Shown here piece after piece: positions 10,511-21,146 of a stretch of 54,840 nt of DNA. The first letter of the stretch is position 1; every line of letters begins with the position of its first letter. The position numbers and the translations under genes are program-made. This DNA comes from Lachnospiraceae bacterium (GTDB lineage Bacteria > Bacillota > Clostridia > Lachnospirales > Lachnospiraceae). The stretch is from contig JAILHW010000151.1 in the NCBI GenBank assembly GCA_024695605.1, forward strand, positions 1 to 54,840, written 5' to 3'. The notes under the pieces were generated by a model. The model saw nothing but the letters and a program-made list of their open reading frames with translations. It was not told the DNA's origin and searched no databases.

Positions 10511-11050
10511 TTATTTTGCAAACGGCATATTGAAAAGGCGCAAAAGCTCTCTTGCTTCCTCATCTGTCTTAGCCGTTGTTACGATAGCTACATCCATACC
10601 TCTGACCTTGTCCACCTTATCGTATTCAATCTCAGGGAAGATGATCTGTTCCTTGATACCAAGGGAGTAGTTGCCCCTGCCGTCAAATGCGTTGGGGTTC
10701 ACGCCTCTGAAGTCTCTTACACGGGGAAGTGCAAGGTTTACAAGACGATCTAAAAACTCATACATCTTCTCACCACGAAGGGTGGTACGGCATCCGATAG
10801 ACTGACCTTCACGGATCTTGAAGTTTGCTACGGAATTCTTTGCCTTGGTGATAACCGCCTTCTGGCCTGCGATGGTCTCCATATCGGACATTGCGTTCTC
10901 TAAGATCTTAGCGTTGTCCTTTGCCTCGCCGACACCCATGTTCAACACGATCTTGTTGATCTTGGGTACTTCCATACGGTTCTTATAACCAAACTTTTTG
11001 ATCATGGCATCCACGATCTCGTTTTCATACGTATCTCTTAATCTGCTCAA
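10511..11050 (-). CDS. rplE: 50S ribosomal protein L5
   Basis: 179 aa; recognised by sequence and by position between rplX and rpsN. Confidence 0.97.
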   Translation of the reverse strand: MSRLRDTYENEIVDAMIKKFGYKNRMEVPKINKIVLNMGVGEAKDNAKILENAMSDMETIAGQKAVITKAKNSVANFKIREGQSIGCRTTLRGEKMYEFLDRLVNLALPRVRDFRGVNPNAFDGRGNYSLGIKEQIIFPEIEYDKVDKVRGMDVAIVTTAKTDEEARELLRLFNMPFAK

Positions 11051-11070
11051 AGTCCCTTCCTCCTTTCTGC

Positions 11071-11391
11071 TTAATCGATCACATCGCCGGTTGACTTTGC
11101 ATAGCGGACCTTCTTGTCGCCCTCAGTCTTCACACCGACTCTGGTGGGTTGTCCCTTGTGAAGATACATCACGTTAGAAAGGGAAATGGGTGCTTCTTTT
11201 TCAATGATACCGCCGTTAGCGTTAGTTGCGTTGGGCTTGGTGTGTCTCTGAACCTTGTTCACGCCCTCTACTACAACCTTGCCGTTCTTGTGATCAACAG
11301 AGAGGACCTTGCCCTCTTTGCCCTTGCACTTGATGGCATCGCCGGCAATAACTCTGACTGTGTCGCCTTTTTTAATCTTTGCAATCGCCAT
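11071..11391 (-). CDS. rplX: 50S ribosomal protein L24
   Basis: 106 aa with a KOW motif ([12 protein letters not shown]). Confidence 0.96.
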   Translation of the reverse strand: MAIAKIKKGDTVRVIAGDAIKCKGKEGKVLSVDHKNGKVVVEGVNKVQRHTKPNATNANGGIIEKEAPISLSNVMYLHKGQPTRVGVKTEGDKKVRYAKSTGDVID

Positions 11392-11403
11392 TTTTCGAAC
11401 CTC

Positions 11404-11772
11404 CTATAATACTTCCGGAGCCAGGGAAACGATCTTCATGAACTGCTTCTCTCTGAGCTCTCTTGCTACCGGTCCAAAAATACGGGTTCCGCGGGGTGTC
11501 TTGTCATCCTTGATGATGACTGCCGCATTCTCATCAAATTTGATGTAGGAACCGTCTTTGCGGTGAGCGCCTTTAACTGTTCTGACTACAACTGCTTTCA
11601 CAACATCGCCTTTTTTAACAACTCCGCCGGGTGTTGCATCTTTAACGGTAGCTACGATAATGTCACCGATGTTTGCATATCTTCTGGTGGATCCGCCCAT
11701 TACACGGATGCAGAGGATCTCTTTCGCGCCGGTGTTATCAGCAACCTTGAGTCTGCTTTCCTGCTGAATCAT
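11404..11772 (-). CDS. rplN: 50S ribosomal protein L14
   Basis: Begins [18 protein letters not shown]; 122 aa. Confidence 0.98.
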   Translation of the reverse strand: MIQQESRLKVADNTGAKEILCIRVMGGSTRRYANIGDIIVATVKDATPGGVVKKGDVVKAVVVRTVKGAHRKDGSYIKFDENAAVIIKDDKTPRGTRIFGPVARELREKQFMKIVSLAPEVL

Positions 11773-11804
11773 GCTAATTCTCCTTCCGTCTATTATCCAA
11801 AGGC

Positions 11805-12062
11805 TTATTTAACCTTCTCAACGATCTCAACCAGTCTCCATCTCTTGTCCTTGGACAGGGGTCTGGTCTCCATCACTTTAACAGTGTCACCAATGCTGCA
11901 CTCGTTTTTCTCGTCATGCGCCTTTAATTTGTAGGTCCGCTTTACGATCTTCTTGTAAAGAGGGTGCTTTACATGGTTCTCAACTGCAACCACGATGGTT
12001 TTATCCATTTTATTGCTCACTACCTTACCGGTACGAGTTTTTCTCAAATTTCTCTCTTCCAC
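11805..12062 (-). CDS. rpsQ: 30S ribosomal protein S17
   Basis: 85 aa with [17 protein letters not shown]. Confidence 0.96.
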   Translation of the reverse strand: MEERNLRKTRTGKVVSNKMDKTIVVAVENHVKHPLYKKIVKRTYKLKAHDEKNECSIGDTVKVMETRPLSKDKRWRLVEIVEKVK

Positions 12063-12087
12063 GATGATTTCTCCTTCCTACAAATTC

Positions 12088-12291
12088 TTAAGCGCGAGCC
12101 TTCTGTGTGATCACCGTCTGGATACGGGCGATGTTCTTGCGAACCTCTTTGATCCTGCTGGTGTTATCAAGCTGATTGGTTGCATTCTGGAATCTTAAGT
12201 TGAAAAGCTCTTTCTTGGCGCTTACCAGCTCTTCGGAAAGCTCAGAAACTGATTTAGCTTTCAAATCTTCTACGTAAGTTGCACTTTTCAT
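12088..12291 (-). CDS. rpmC: 50S ribosomal protein L29
   Basis: 67 aa with ELFNLRFQ. It overlaps the rplP stop by 4 nt. Confidence 0.95.
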   Translation of the reverse strand: MKSATYVEDLKAKSVSELSEELVSAKKELFNLRFQNATNQLDNTSRIKEVRKNIARIQTVITQKARA

Positions 12292-12719
12292 TCAGCGAGC
12301 CCTCCTTCCAAATCTGCTTTTGCAACGATCTTGCACTTGCAAGGCAGCTTGTGAGATGCCAGACGAAGTGCTTCTCTTGCGGTATCCTCAGGAACACCTG
12401 CGATTTCAAACATTACACGTCCGGGCTTCACTACTGCTACCCAATACTCCAAAGCTCCTTTACCGGAACCCATACGGGTCTCAGCCGGCTTGTTGGTAAC
12501 GGGCTTGTCCGGGAAGATCTTGATCCAAACCTGACCGCCACGTTTTACATGTCTTGTCATAGCGACACGGGCTGCCTCGATCTGATTGGAACGGATCCAG
12601 CAGGGCTCAACCGCTACGATACCAAATTCTCCGTAAGTAATCTGATTACCTCTCTGCGCCTTACCTTTCATGGTTCCGCGGAACTGTTTACGGCGCTTAA
12701 CTCTTTTCGGCATTAACAT
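12288..12719 (-). CDS. rplP: 50S ribosomal protein L16
   Basis: Begins [15 protein letters not shown]; 143 aa. Confidence 0.97.
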   Translation of the reverse strand: MLMPKRVKRRKQFRGTMKGKAQRGNQITYGEFGIVAVEPCWIRSNQIEAARVAMTRHVKRGGQVWIKIFPDKPVTNKPAETRMGSGKGALEYWVAVVKPGRVMFEIAGVPEDTAREALRLASHKLPCKCKIVAKADLEGGLAE

Positions 12720-13378
12720 TATTTATCGCTCCCTTCCTTGTTGCCCTTGGTGGGAAGGATTTCGCCCTTGTAGATCCAAACCTTTACGCCTACCTTACCG
12801 TAGGTGGTGTCTGCCTCAGCGAATCCATAGTCAATATCTGCTCTGAGTGTCTGAAGGGGAATCGTTCCCTCGCTGTAAAACTCGGTTCTTGCCATATCCG
12901 CACCACCGAGACGACCGGAAACGGAAGTCTTGATACCCTGTGCGGAAGCCTTCATGGCGCGTCCCATGCAGGATTTCATAGCGCGGCGGAAGGATACACG
13001 GTTCTCAAGCTGCTGTGCGATGTTCTCTGCTACCAGCTGTGCATCTCTGTCCGGACGCTTGATCTCTTTGATGTCAACCAGTGCTTTTCTGCCTGTCATC
13101 TTCTCAAGCTCAGCCTTGGTCTTCTCGATCTCAGCGCCGCCCTTACCGATTACAACACCGGGCTTAGCGGTGTAGATCACTACTTTAACCTTATCAGCTG
13201 CTCCACGCTCGATCTCAACCTTGGAGATGCCTGCGCTTCCCAGTTTCTTCTTTACGTACTCGCGAATCTTGTGATCCTCTTCAAGGAACTGTGCGAACTC
13301 ACCCTCTGCATACCAACGGGAGTCCCAATCCTTGATGATGCCGACGCGGAGTCCGTGAGGATTAACTTTCTGTCCCAT
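12719..13378 (-). CDS. rpsC: 30S ribosomal protein S3
   Basis: Begins [24 protein letters not shown]; 219 aa. Confidence 0.98.
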   Translation of the reverse strand: MGQKVNPHGLRVGIIKDWDSRWYAEGEFAQFLEEDHKIREYVKKKLGSAGISKVEIERGAADKVKVVIYTAKPGVVIGKGGAEIEKTKAELEKMTGRKALVDIKEIKRPDRDAQLVAENIAQQLENRVSFRRAMKSCMGRAMKASAQGIKTSVSGRLGGADMARTEFYSEGTIPLQTLRADIDYGFAEADTTYGKVGVKVWIYKGEILPTKGNKEGSDK

Positions 13379-13389
13379 TTTTCTTCCTC

Positions 13390-13776
13390 CTATCTTTCGT
13401 CCAGAACAACAGTAATGTGGCTCATTCTTTTCAGAATCCGATATGCTCTACCCTGTGCTCTGGCGCGAATTCTCTTCATCGTCGGTCCTTCGTTTGCGTA
13501 GCATTCAGCAACGTAGAGGTTTTCCTTCTTCATACCGTTGTTGTTCTCTGCATTCGCTACTGCTGACTGAAGAAGCTTCTTGATTACACCTGAAGCATAA
13601 CGAGGGTTATACTCAAGTACAGCGAGTGCTGTTTCTACATCCTTGCCTCTGATGGCGTCCAATACGAAGCAAGCTTTCTGAACAGGAATACGCGCATAAG
13701 AGAGCTTTGCGCTCGGGCGGGTATCCTTGTTTGCATTTCTTTCACGTTTGATCTGTGATCTATGTCCCTTTGCCAT
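13390..13776 (-). CDS. rplV: 50S ribosomal protein L22
   Basis: 128 aa; recognised by sequence and by position between rpsS and rpsC. Confidence 0.95.
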   Translation of the reverse strand: MAKGHRSQIKRERNANKDTRPSAKLSYARIPVQKACFVLDAIRGKDVETALAVLEYNPRYASGVIKKLLQSAVANAENNNGMKKENLYVAECYANEGPTMKRIRARAQGRAYRILKRMSHITVVLDER

Positions 13777-13794
13777 AGGTTTTACCCTCCTTCC

Positions 13795-14076
13795 TTATCT
13801 TACTTTGCCTTTCTTCTCATCCTTGCCATGTCCGCGATAGGTTCTGGTTGCTACAAACTCGCCGAGCTTGTGTCCTACCATATCCTCGGTTACATAGACA
13901 GGAACGTGTTTCCGTCCATCGTGTACCGCAATCGTGTGTCCTACAAATGAGGGGAAGATCGTGGAACGACGGGACCATGTCTTGATTACCGCTTTCTGTC
14001 CGGAAGCGTTCATTGCGTCAACCTTTTTCAAAAGACTTGCGTCTGCAAAAGGTCCTTTTTTTAATGATCTGGCCAT
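13795..14076 (-). CDS. rpsS: 30S ribosomal protein S19
   Basis: Begins [10 protein letters not shown] and contains GHKLGEF; 93 aa. Confidence 0.97.
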   Translation of the reverse strand: MARSLKKGPFADASLLKKVDAMNASGQKAVIKTWSRRSTIFPSFVGHTIAVHDGRKHVPVYVTEDMVGHKLGEFVATRTYRGHGKDEKKGKVR

Positions 14077-14093
14077 TTTCTTTCCTCCCTTAC

Positions 14094-14939
14094 TTATTTG
14101 ATGGCTCTGCCGTCACGGCGTCTTACGATCAGCTTATTGGAAGCTTTCTTTTTCCTACGTGTCTTCAGGCCCAGTGCGGGCTTGCCCCAAGGGGTGCTCG
14201 GGCCGGGACGTCCGATGGGTGCGCGTCCCTCACCACCGCCGTGCGGATGGTCATTCGGGTTCATAACGGAACCTCTTACGGTCGGGCGGATACCCATGTG
14301 ACGCTTACGTCCTGCTTTACCGATCTTTACCAGGTTGTGGTCGCCGTTTCCGACTACACCGATGGAAGCGCGGCAATTCAGGGGAACCATTCTCATTTCT
14401 CCGGAAGGAAGACGCAGGGTTGCGTATTTGCCTTCTTTTGCCATCAGCTGTGCGCTGTTACCGGCAGCTCTTACCATCTGGCCGCCCTTGCCCGGCTGAA
14501 GCTCAATGTTGTGAAGAAGAGTACCTACAGGGATCTCGGAGATCGGCAGGCAGTTACCTACTCTGACTTCGGCCTGTGCACCGCTCATTACGGTCATGCC
14601 GTCTGTCAGACCCTGGGGAGCCAGGATGTAAGCCTTCTCGCCGTCCTGATAGCAGATCAGTGCGATGTTGGCACTGCGGTTCGGATCGTACTCGATACCG
14701 ATTACCTTAGCGGGGATCCCGTCTTTGGTATTTCTTCTGAAATCTACCATTCTGTATTTCTTCTTTGCGCCGCCGCCGTGATGACGAACGGTGATCTTAC
14801 CCTGATTATTACGGCCGGAATGTTTCGGCACTGCTACGACCAGAGACTTTTCCGGTTCGCTCTTGGTGATCTCAGCGAAATCAGAACCGGTCATGTTTCT
14901 TCTGGAGGGGGTATATGGGTTGTAACTCTTAATTCCCAT
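14094..14939 (-). CDS. rplB: 50S ribosomal protein L2
   Basis: 281 aa with the [11 protein letters not shown] motif. Confidence 0.98.
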   Translation of the reverse strand: MGIKSYNPYTPSRRNMTGSDFAEITKSEPEKSLVVAVPKHSGRNNQGKITVRHHGGGAKKKYRMVDFRRNTKDGIPAKVIGIEYDPNRSANIALICYQDGEKAYILAPQGLTDGMTVMSGAQAEVRVGNCLPISEIPVGTLLHNIELQPGKGGQMVRAAGNSAQLMAKEGKYATLRLPSGEMRMVPLNCRASIGVVGNGDHNLVKIGKAGRKRHMGIRPTVRGSVMNPNDHPHGGGEGRAPIGRPGPSTPWGKPALGLKTRRKKKASNKLIVRRRDGRAIK

Positions 14940-14998
14940 TTTGTATTTCTCCTTTCAAATGATTTGCTCTCGTGCTTTACTGCACATAGTTTTCGTTA

Positions 14999-15298
14999 TC
15001 AAAGACCTGCGAAGATCTCAATCTCGTTGCTCTCTTCGGTCAGCTGAACGATCGCCTTTTTGGTCTTTGCTGTCTGGCCGATGGTCATACCGCGGCGTTT
15101 CTTCTTGCCGTCCTGGTTGATGGTATTGACCTTCGCCACCTTAACACCGTCAAACATCTTCTCAACCGCTTCCTTGATCTGCGATTTGTTTGCTTCGGGA
15201 TGCACGAAAAATGTGTACTTCTTCTCGCTCATGCCATCCATGCTCTTCTCGGTGATGACCGGCTTTAAAATCACATCATAATACTGTAATGCTGCCAT
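14999..15298 (-). CDS. rplW: 50S ribosomal protein L23
   Basis: 99 aa with [10 protein letters not shown]. Confidence 0.96.
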   Translation of the reverse strand: MAALQYYDVILKPVITEKSMDGMSEKKYTFFVHPEANKSQIKEAVEKMFDGVKVAKVNTINQDGKKKRRGMTIGQTAKTKKAIVQLTEESNEIEIFAGL

Positions 15299-15918
15299 TA
15301 TGCGTACACCTCCTCGATCTTCGCAGCGGAATCCTTCGTCAGGACGATGGTACCGCCGTTCATAATGTCATAAACATTGATCTGTCCAACCAATGTGGTG
15401 TTAACCTTTGCCATGTTTCTTGCGGAAAGAACGGTGTTCTGATCGTTGTCTGCCAGAACTACGAGGCCCTTCTCAACCTTCAGGTTGTTCATAACCTGTG
15501 CAAAGCTCTTGGTCTTGATCTCATCGAACTTCAGCTCATCTACTACGATCAGCTTGTTCTCCTGAACCCTGCTGGTCAGCGCGCTCTTCAAAGCCGCTCT
15601 CTTTTCCTTCTTGTTCAGCTTGAAGCTGTAATCTCTGGGTGTGGGAGCGAATACTACACCGCCGCCCTTCCACTGGGGAGATCTGTTGGAACCCTGACGG
15701 GCATGTCCGGTTCCTTTCTGTCTCCAGGGCTTTCTTCCGCCGCCGGAAACCTCAGCGCGGGTCTTTGCTTTCTGGGTGCCCTGGCGATTTGCTGCAAGCT
15801 GCTGCAAAACTGCCATATGTACAAGGTGTTCGTTGATCTCTACGCCGAAGATGGCATCATTTAAATCGATCGTTCCGACTTCCTTGCCTTCCATATTAAA
15901 TACGGATACGTTTGCCAT
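15298..15918 (-). CDS. rplD: 50S ribosomal protein L4
   Basis: 206 aa with [19 protein letters not shown]. Confidence 0.97.
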   Translation of the reverse strand: MANVSVFNMEGKEVGTIDLNDAIFGVEINEHLVHMAVLQQLAANRQGTQKAKTRAEVSGGGRKPWRQKGTGHARQGSNRSPQWKGGGVVFAPTPRDYSFKLNKKEKRAALKSALTSRVQENKLIVVDELKFDEIKTKSFAQVMNNLKVEKGLVVLADNDQNTVLSARNMAKVNTTLVGQINVYDIMNGGTIVLTKDSAAKIEEVYA

Positions 15919-15940
15919 GATCTGTTCCTCCTTTCACCGA

Positions 15941-16624
15941 TTAAATATCCACTCTTGTGGTCTCTTTGATGGTTACCAGAGACTTCTTCGGTCCGGGAAC
16001 GGAACCCTTTACCAGCAGGAGATTCTTCTCCGCATCTACTCTGACTACCTCAAGATTTTGAACAGTAACCTTTACAGATCCCATATGACCGGGCATTCCT
16101 TTTCCCTTGAATACTCTGGAAGGGGAGGAGCATGCACCGTTGGAACCCTGATGACGGTGGAACTTGGAACCGTGCTTCATAGGTCCTCTGTGCTGACCGA
16201 GTCTCTTGATCGCACCCTGGAACCCTTTACCCTTGGAGATTGCGGTTGCATCTACATGATCGCCTTGCTCGAAGATGTCTGCCTTGATCTCCTGTGCCAG
16301 CTGATACTCGGAAGCGTTCTCGAACTTGAACTCACGAAGATATCTCTTGGTGGATACTCCGGCTTTGTCGAAATGTCCCTTCAGCGGCTTGTTTACGCCA
16401 TGTCTGTGAGCGATCTCTTTCTTACCGCCCTTATCCTTGGTGATGACCTTCTCTTTCTTATCCTCGTAACCAACCTGGATTGCATCATAGCCATCGTTCT
16501 CAGCGGTCTTGATCTGTGTTACCACACAGGGGCCTGCTGTCAGGACCGTTACAGGGATCAGACTTCCGTCTTCCTGAAAGATCTGGGTCATGCCGACCTT
16601 AGTTGCCAAAATTGCCTTTTTCAT
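15941..16624 (-). CDS. rplC: 50S ribosomal protein L3
   Basis: 227 aa with KVGMTQIF and [10 protein letters not shown]. Confidence 0.97.
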   Translation of the reverse strand: MKKAILATKVGMTQIFQEDGSLIPVTVLTAGPCVVTQIKTAENDGYDAIQVGYEDKKEKVITKDKGGKKEIAHRHGVNKPLKGHFDKAGVSTKRYLREFKFENASEYQLAQEIKADIFEQGDHVDATAISKGKGFQGAIKRLGQHRGPMKHGSKFHRHQGSNGACSSPSRVFKGKGMPGHMGSVKVTVQNLEVVRVDAEKNLLLVKGSVPGPKKSLVTIKETTRVDI

Positions 16625-16679
16625 TTTTTACCTCCTTCATGCATCGGAACGGGACAAGCCGTTCATACATTACTATTAG

Positions 16680-16994
16680 TTACTTCATCTTTATGCCAAT
16701 GTAAACACCGGCAGGCATCTCTAATCTCTGAAGGGCATCTACCGTCTTCTGAGTGGGTGCCATCACGTCGATGAGCCTTTTGTGCGTTCTCTGCTCAAAC
16801 TGCTCACGGGAATCTTTGTACTTATGAACGGCACGAAGGATGGTCACTACTTCCTTTTTGGTAGGAAGGGGGATCGGACCCGATACCTGGGAACCATTCT
16901 TCTTTACTGTCTCGATGATCTTCTTTGCAGAGCTATCGATCAGCTGATGGTCATAAGCCTTCAATGTGATTCTCATTACTTGTTGATTTGCCAT
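16680..16994 (-). CDS. rpsJ: 30S ribosomal protein S10
   Basis: [16 protein letters not shown]... is 104 aa and has a GGAGG SD 8 nt upstream. The 187-aa ORF-track form adds 83 non-S10 codons. Confidence 0.95.
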   Translation of the reverse strand: MANQQVMRITLKAYDHQLIDSSAKKIIETVKKNGSQVSGPIPLPTKKEVVTILRAVHKYKDSREQFEQRTHKRLIDVMAPTQKTVDALQRLEMPAGVYIGIKMK

Positions 16995-17241
16995 AAAAAA
17001 AGCCGCCTCCTTTTCGCACTTTTTAGTTTCAAGTACGACAAGTGGTGACTGTACACTCTCCCGTGTGTGTCCTAAAAACTCACACGTCGTTTCTGCTCGC
17101 AGCAGACAGTTCGCTTTCGCTGATTCGTACAGTAACTTGTCGTCAGTTTCTTCCTGACATTCGCTCCACGGAAAACCCGAAAAGGCTTTCGCCAGTCCGG
17201 CAACCTCTCGCTTCATAGCTATCAATGTCACAGCACTTGCC

Positions 17242-17270
17242 ATTCTACTCTATCGGAATGGGAAATGCAA
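17242..17270 (-). promoter_or_regulatory. Putative sigma-A promoter of the S10 operon (TTGCAT-17 nt-TAGAAT)
   Basis: Minus-strand -35 at 17270-17265 and -10 at 17247-17242. It would produce a leader of about 240 nt before rpsJ. Confidence 0.5.
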
Positions 17271-17357
17271 GCACTTTTTATTTTTTATTGTTCTTTTTCC
17301 GATACAATCTGCACCGTATCCCCATCGGTACCATATCTTGTGTTTTCCGAAGAAATA

Positions 17358-17381
17358 CCGCAGACTTTGCAAAGCCTGCGG
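17358..17381 (-). terminator. Hairpin terminator downstream of the putP-like gene
   Basis: CCGCAG-AC-TTTGCAAA-GC-CTGCGG palindrome lies 32 nt after the stop. A U-rich stretch follows on the minus strand. Confidence 0.5.
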
Positions 17382-17412
17382 CGTTTCTTCTATAAATATG
17401 GATCGTTTCTTT

Positions 17413-18966
17413 TTACTTCGCTGCCACCTCGTCAAACTCTCCCTCGATCTCCTTTGCCGGAGCGGGGGTGATCAGGCTGACAACAACGATGAAGATCAAT
17501 GCTACCAGGAAGGCAGGGGCCAGCTCATACAGATCCCAGGCACCGCCCATGGGACGAACCGCATACTTCCAGATGAATACCATCAGGCCTCCGGAGATCA
17601 TACCGGCCATGACACCGAAGCGGTTGCATCTCTTCCAATATAAGGACATCAGGATGGCGGGACCGAATACGGCACCAAAGCCCGCCCATGCAAAGGATAC
17701 GATGCCGAATACGGAGCTGTTGGGATTCCATGCGATAATGGCGGCCAGTATCGCAACCGCTACCAGTGTGCAGCGTGCTGTGAGCATGGCTCCTTTTTCC
17801 TTCAGCTTTACCTTAAAGACATCCTGAATGATGTTTTCGGATACCGCAGATGCCGCAGCGATCAGCTGGGAGTCCGCAGTGGACATGGTGGATGCCAGAA
17901 TACCGGCGATGATCATACCTGCCACCAATGCGAAAATGAATCCGTTCTTACTGATGTGATCTGCAAGCACAACGATCAGTGTCTCTGCCTTGGATGAGCT
18001 TGTGGGATCCTCAATGAGGGAATCCAGGGAGCCGGACATCGTCATGGCACGTCCAACTACACCCAGGATCACGGCAATGCCCAGGGAAAATACAACCCAG
18101 ATGGATGCCACTCTTCTGGAGAGCTTCAGCTTATTCGGATTCTCGATCGCCATAAAGCGAAGCAGGATGTGGGGCATACCGAAGTATCCAAGTCCCCAGC
18201 AGAACATGGTGATCTTATTAAAGATCCCGTAAGGGCTAGCGGACTGACTGACATTATCAAAGGTTGCGGATACATTCAAAAAGCCGGGCAGGCTTCCTGC
18301 ATTGTCAATGACTGCGGAAACACCGCCTGCCTGCACAACGCCATAGCCAAGCACAACAAAGAGCGCAATGGTCATAACGATGGACTGGATAAAGTCTGTA
18401 GTGGAGGCTGCCAGAAAGCCGCCGGTGGTGGTATAACCCACAATGATGATGGCCGATACGACCATGGCCAGCTGGTAATTTACATCAAACAGTGAACCAA
18501 AAAGCTTACCGCAGGCAGAAAAACCGGAAGCAGTATAGGGAACAAAGAAGATAATGATGAAAAGCGCTCCCACAAACAACAGAATGTTGCTCTCATCGCG
18601 GAATCTTCTCTTTAAGTAATCGGGGATCGTGATGGCGCCCACCCGCTCCGTATAGTTACGAAGTCTCTTCGCGGTAAAGAGCCAGTTCAAATAGGTTCCG
18701 ACGATCAGACCGAAGGCCGTCCAGCCTGCATCGGCGATTCCGGAAAAGTAAGCCAGACCCGGTACTCCCATCAGCAGATAGGAGCTCATATCCGACGCCT
18801 CGGCGCTCATTGCCGTGACCAGGGGTCCCAGCTTTCTGCCGCCCAGATAAAAGTCTCCTACGTCATTTGTGTTCCTCGAGGCCATAAAGCCCACGAGAAG
18901 CATTCCGGCCAGATAGATCACGATGGAAATGATGATACCGACCTGTGCACTAGTTAACGATGCCAT
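17413..18966 (-). CDS. putP: Sodium:solute symporter family protein, proline permease-like
   Basis: 517 aa and about 13 TM. N-terminal DFYLGGRKLGP...SAEASDMSSYLLMGVPG is typical of SSF/PutP. Confidence 0.8.
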   Translation of the reverse strand: MASLTSAQVGIIISIVIYLAGMLLVGFMASRNTNDVGDFYLGGRKLGPLVTAMSAEASDMSSYLLMGVPGLAYFSGIADAGWTAFGLIVGTYLNWLFTAKRLRNYTERVGAITIPDYLKRRFRDESNILLFVGALFIIIFFVPYTASGFSACGKLFGSLFDVNYQLAMVVSAIIIVGYTTTGGFLAASTTDFIQSIVMTIALFVVLGYGVVQAGGVSAVIDNAGSLPGFLNVSATFDNVSQSASPYGIFNKITMFCWGLGYFGMPHILLRFMAIENPNKLKLSRRVASIWVVFSLGIAVILGVVGRAMTMSGSLDSLIEDPTSSSKAETLIVVLADHISKNGFIFALVAGMIIAGILASTMSTADSQLIAAASAVSENIIQDVFKVKLKEKGAMLTARCTLVAVAILAAIIAWNPNSSVFGIVSFAWAGFGAVFGPAILMSLYWKRCNRFGVMAGMISGGLMVFIWKYAVRPMGGAWDLYELAPAFLVALIFIVVVSLITPAPAKEIEGEFDEVAAK

Positions 18967-19135
18967 GTTTTCTCCTCCTCTTTTTTCCCGTTTTCTTCTA
19001 TATAATAAGAAAACGCCCTGTCAAGGTAAAACCCTAACAAGGCATCCACTCAACTTTTTGAATATACCATAGGCGCAAAGACTCCGTCAAGACAAAGCCC
19101 CCAAAGAGCCTTCGCTGTCTGTCGCTGTCTATCTC

Positions 19136-20038
19136 TTACTCCCCGCTCCATCTTCCGCTGGCACCGCAGGGCAGCACCAGACCGTTCTGCCGGATGGGCA
19201 GGCCGATCTCCGATGCCTCGACAACGCCGCCGCGCTCTTTTGCGATGGCCTCGGAAAGCATGTAGGAGAGCACTGCCGGCTGCAGCCCCGTGGTATAGGA
19301 ATTGATCAGGAAAAAGGCTGCCTCCTTTGATAAGAGCTTTGCCGCTTCTACGATCAGGGGATAGACATTCTCCTCAATTTTCCAGATCTCTCCCTTGGGG
19401 CCTCTGCCATAGGAGGGCGGATCCATGATGATCCCTTCATAGGTATTACCGCGTCTGAGCTCGCGCTGTACAAACTTCATACAGTCATCCACCAGCCATC
19501 TGGTCCTTGCCGGATCCACGTTGCTTGCCGCTGCATTTTCCTTGGCCCAGCCGACCATTCCCTTGGCCGCATCCACATGGGTCACATGCGCCCCCGCCAG
19601 GGCAGCGGAAATGGTAGCTCCTCCGGTATAGGCAAACAGGTTCAAAACCCTGGGAGGCTCTGTCCTTTTTTCCAGGGCCTGTCTGATCCTTCCCGCGCAC
19701 CAGTCCCAATTGACTGCCTGCTCGGGAAACACGCCCGTGTGCTTAAAGGCAAAGGGCTTCAGATGAAACCTGAGCGTTCCCGCCTCTCCTTCGTATGCAA
19801 TGCTCCACTCCTCGGGAAGATCGAACATCTCCCAATAGCCGCCGCCCTTGGCTGAGCGGTGGTAATGGCCGTTCTTTTTCTTCCATTCGGGCGCAAGCCT
19901 TTGGGTATCCCATATCACCTGGGGATCCGGGCGAAGGAGCACATAGTCTCCCCAACGCTCAAGCTTTTCCCCGCCGGTGGCTTCGATCACTTCATACTCT
20001 TTCCAGCCGTCTGCGATCCACATCTGTCCATTCTCCAA
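19136..20038 (-). CDS. Class I SAM-dependent methyltransferase (RlmI/RlmK-like rRNA methyltransferase core)
   Basis: 300 aa with a SAM motif I-like VLNLFAYTGGATISAALAG and the catalytic region IIMDPPSYGRG. Confidence 0.65.
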   Translation of the reverse strand: MENGQMWIADGWKEYEVIEATGGEKLERWGDYVLLRPDPQVIWDTQRLAPEWKKKNGHYHRSAKGGGYWEMFDLPEEWSIAYEGEAGTLRFHLKPFAFKHTGVFPEQAVNWDWCAGRIRQALEKRTEPPRVLNLFAYTGGATISAALAGAHVTHVDAAKGMVGWAKENAAASNVDPARTRWLVDDCMKFVQRELRRGNTYEGIIMDPPSYGRGPKGEIWKIEENVYPLIVEAAKLLSKEAAFFLINSYTTGLQPAVLSYMLSEAIAKERGGVVEASEIGLPIRQNGLVLPCGASGRWSGE

Positions 20039-20065
20039 TCTGTCTTTTCCTGCTGTTTTTTGCTC

Positions 20066-20635
20066 TTACATCGCCGCCGCAATGCCAAAGAAGATCATCA
20101 CCACAAAGAGCAGGACATAGATGGCCAAAATAACACCCATAATGATCAGCTGCGCTTTAAAGAAATTGGATTTGGATTTTTTCTCCGTTTTGCTGAAGGC
20201 CCATACAAAAACCAGTACCAGGTTCACGCAGGGGATCATCATCAGCAGCATGCTGACAAGCCACTCGCCCATGGAAACAGGCTCTTCCAATCCTTCAAGG
20301 GCTGCCGGGTTCACAGGTGCCACAGGCGCAGGCGCCGGTGCCTGATAGTAGGTATCATGGGCATTTAACATCTCCGGCATCATATCCGGTGCCTGAGGCG
20401 GTGTTGCAAACTGCTCAAAGCCCTCTCCCTCCAGATACTTTTCATAGTTGCGCTTTTGGGGCTCCTGCTGCGGGACGTTTTCATTCTGCATAGCAGTTGC
20501 CTCATTGGCAAAGGAATCTGCCCCACTTTGAGTCTCCTCGTTCCCAATGGTCACCTGCAGTGCGTCCTCTGAGTTTTTGGCGATCTCTCCGTCCTCCTCA
20601 AAGGGAATAAATTCATTTCCGTTTTCCTTCATCAC
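20066..20635 (-). CDS. Membrane protein of unknown function (acidic, Q/P-rich N-terminus and 2 C-terminal TM helices)
   Basis: 189-aa ORF with a GAGGAG SD upstream. TM segments WLVSMLLMMIPCVNLVLVFVW and LIIMGVILAIYVLLFVVMIFFGI. Confidence 0.6.
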   Translation of the reverse strand: MMKENGNEFIPFEEDGEIAKNSEDALQVTIGNEETQSGADSFANEATAMQNENVPQQEPQKRNYEKYLEGEGFEQFATPPQAPDMMPEMLNAHDTYYQAPAPAPVAPVNPAALEGLEEPVSMGEWLVSMLLMMIPCVNLVLVFVWAFSKTEKKSKSNFFKAQLIIMGVILAIYVLLFVVMIFFGIAAAM

Positions 20636-20674
20636 AATCTCCTCTCTGTTGTTGGTTTCATTTATGGTTTTCTG

Positions 20675-21139
20675 TTACAAATGCGTATAAAACAGTTGTC
20701 TGATCTTGGTAAAAACCCCCTCCGTCAAGGGCTGCATCGGCTCCCTGTGCGGATAGTAAACCGCCATCCGGTACGCATAAAAGACCAGCATCCCAAACAG
20801 CGTGATCCCCAAAAGCCAGTACAGCTCCTTTCCCTTTCTTCCAAGCAGATACCGGTTCATCGCAAAATCCAGCGCAATCAAAATCCATGCATACAGAAAG
20901 GGATGCATCAAAAAGGCTCTTACGGGGTGTCCCGAAAGCAGCAAAAGCCCAGACCTGGTCAGTCCGCAGCCCGGGCAGGGCAGCCCGAACAGAAGCTGCA
21001 TCGGACAGATGGTGTGAAACAGATGCTGAAACAATACAATATAGATCCCGACTGCCAAAAGTCCAAGTCCGTTATCCTGAAGGTCACGGATCAAAAGCGA
21101 AATCCCCTTTATTTGGCTGTCTTCTTTTTGTTTATCCAT
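20675..21139 (-). CDS. DUF2752-like membrane protein (CPxCG motif)
   Basis: GLPCPGCGLTRS motif plus 4 TM helices. Start chosen at MDKQKED to avoid overlap with the LCP gene, which stops at 21147. Confidence 0.65.
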   Translation of the reverse strand: MDKQKEDSQIKGISLLIRDLQDNGLGLLAVGIYIVLFQHLFHTICPMQLLFGLPCPGCGLTRSGLLLLSGHPVRAFLMHPFLYAWILIALDFAMNRYLLGRKGKELYWLLGITLFGMLVFYAYRMAVYYPHREPMQPLTEGVFTKIRQLFYTHL

Positions 21140-21146
21140 CCTGTTT

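Noticed and set aside
16995-17243. 83-codon N-terminal extension of the rpsJ ORF (the 187-aa form in the track)
   Set aside because: The S10 sequence starts at [14 protein letters not shown] and has a GGAGG SD. The extension has no S10 homology and overlaps the predicted promoter and leader.
17250-17435. 61-aa minus-strand ORF between putP and the S10 promoter
   Set aside because: It lies over the putP terminator hairpin and the promoter region, and it has no SD and no recognisable motif.
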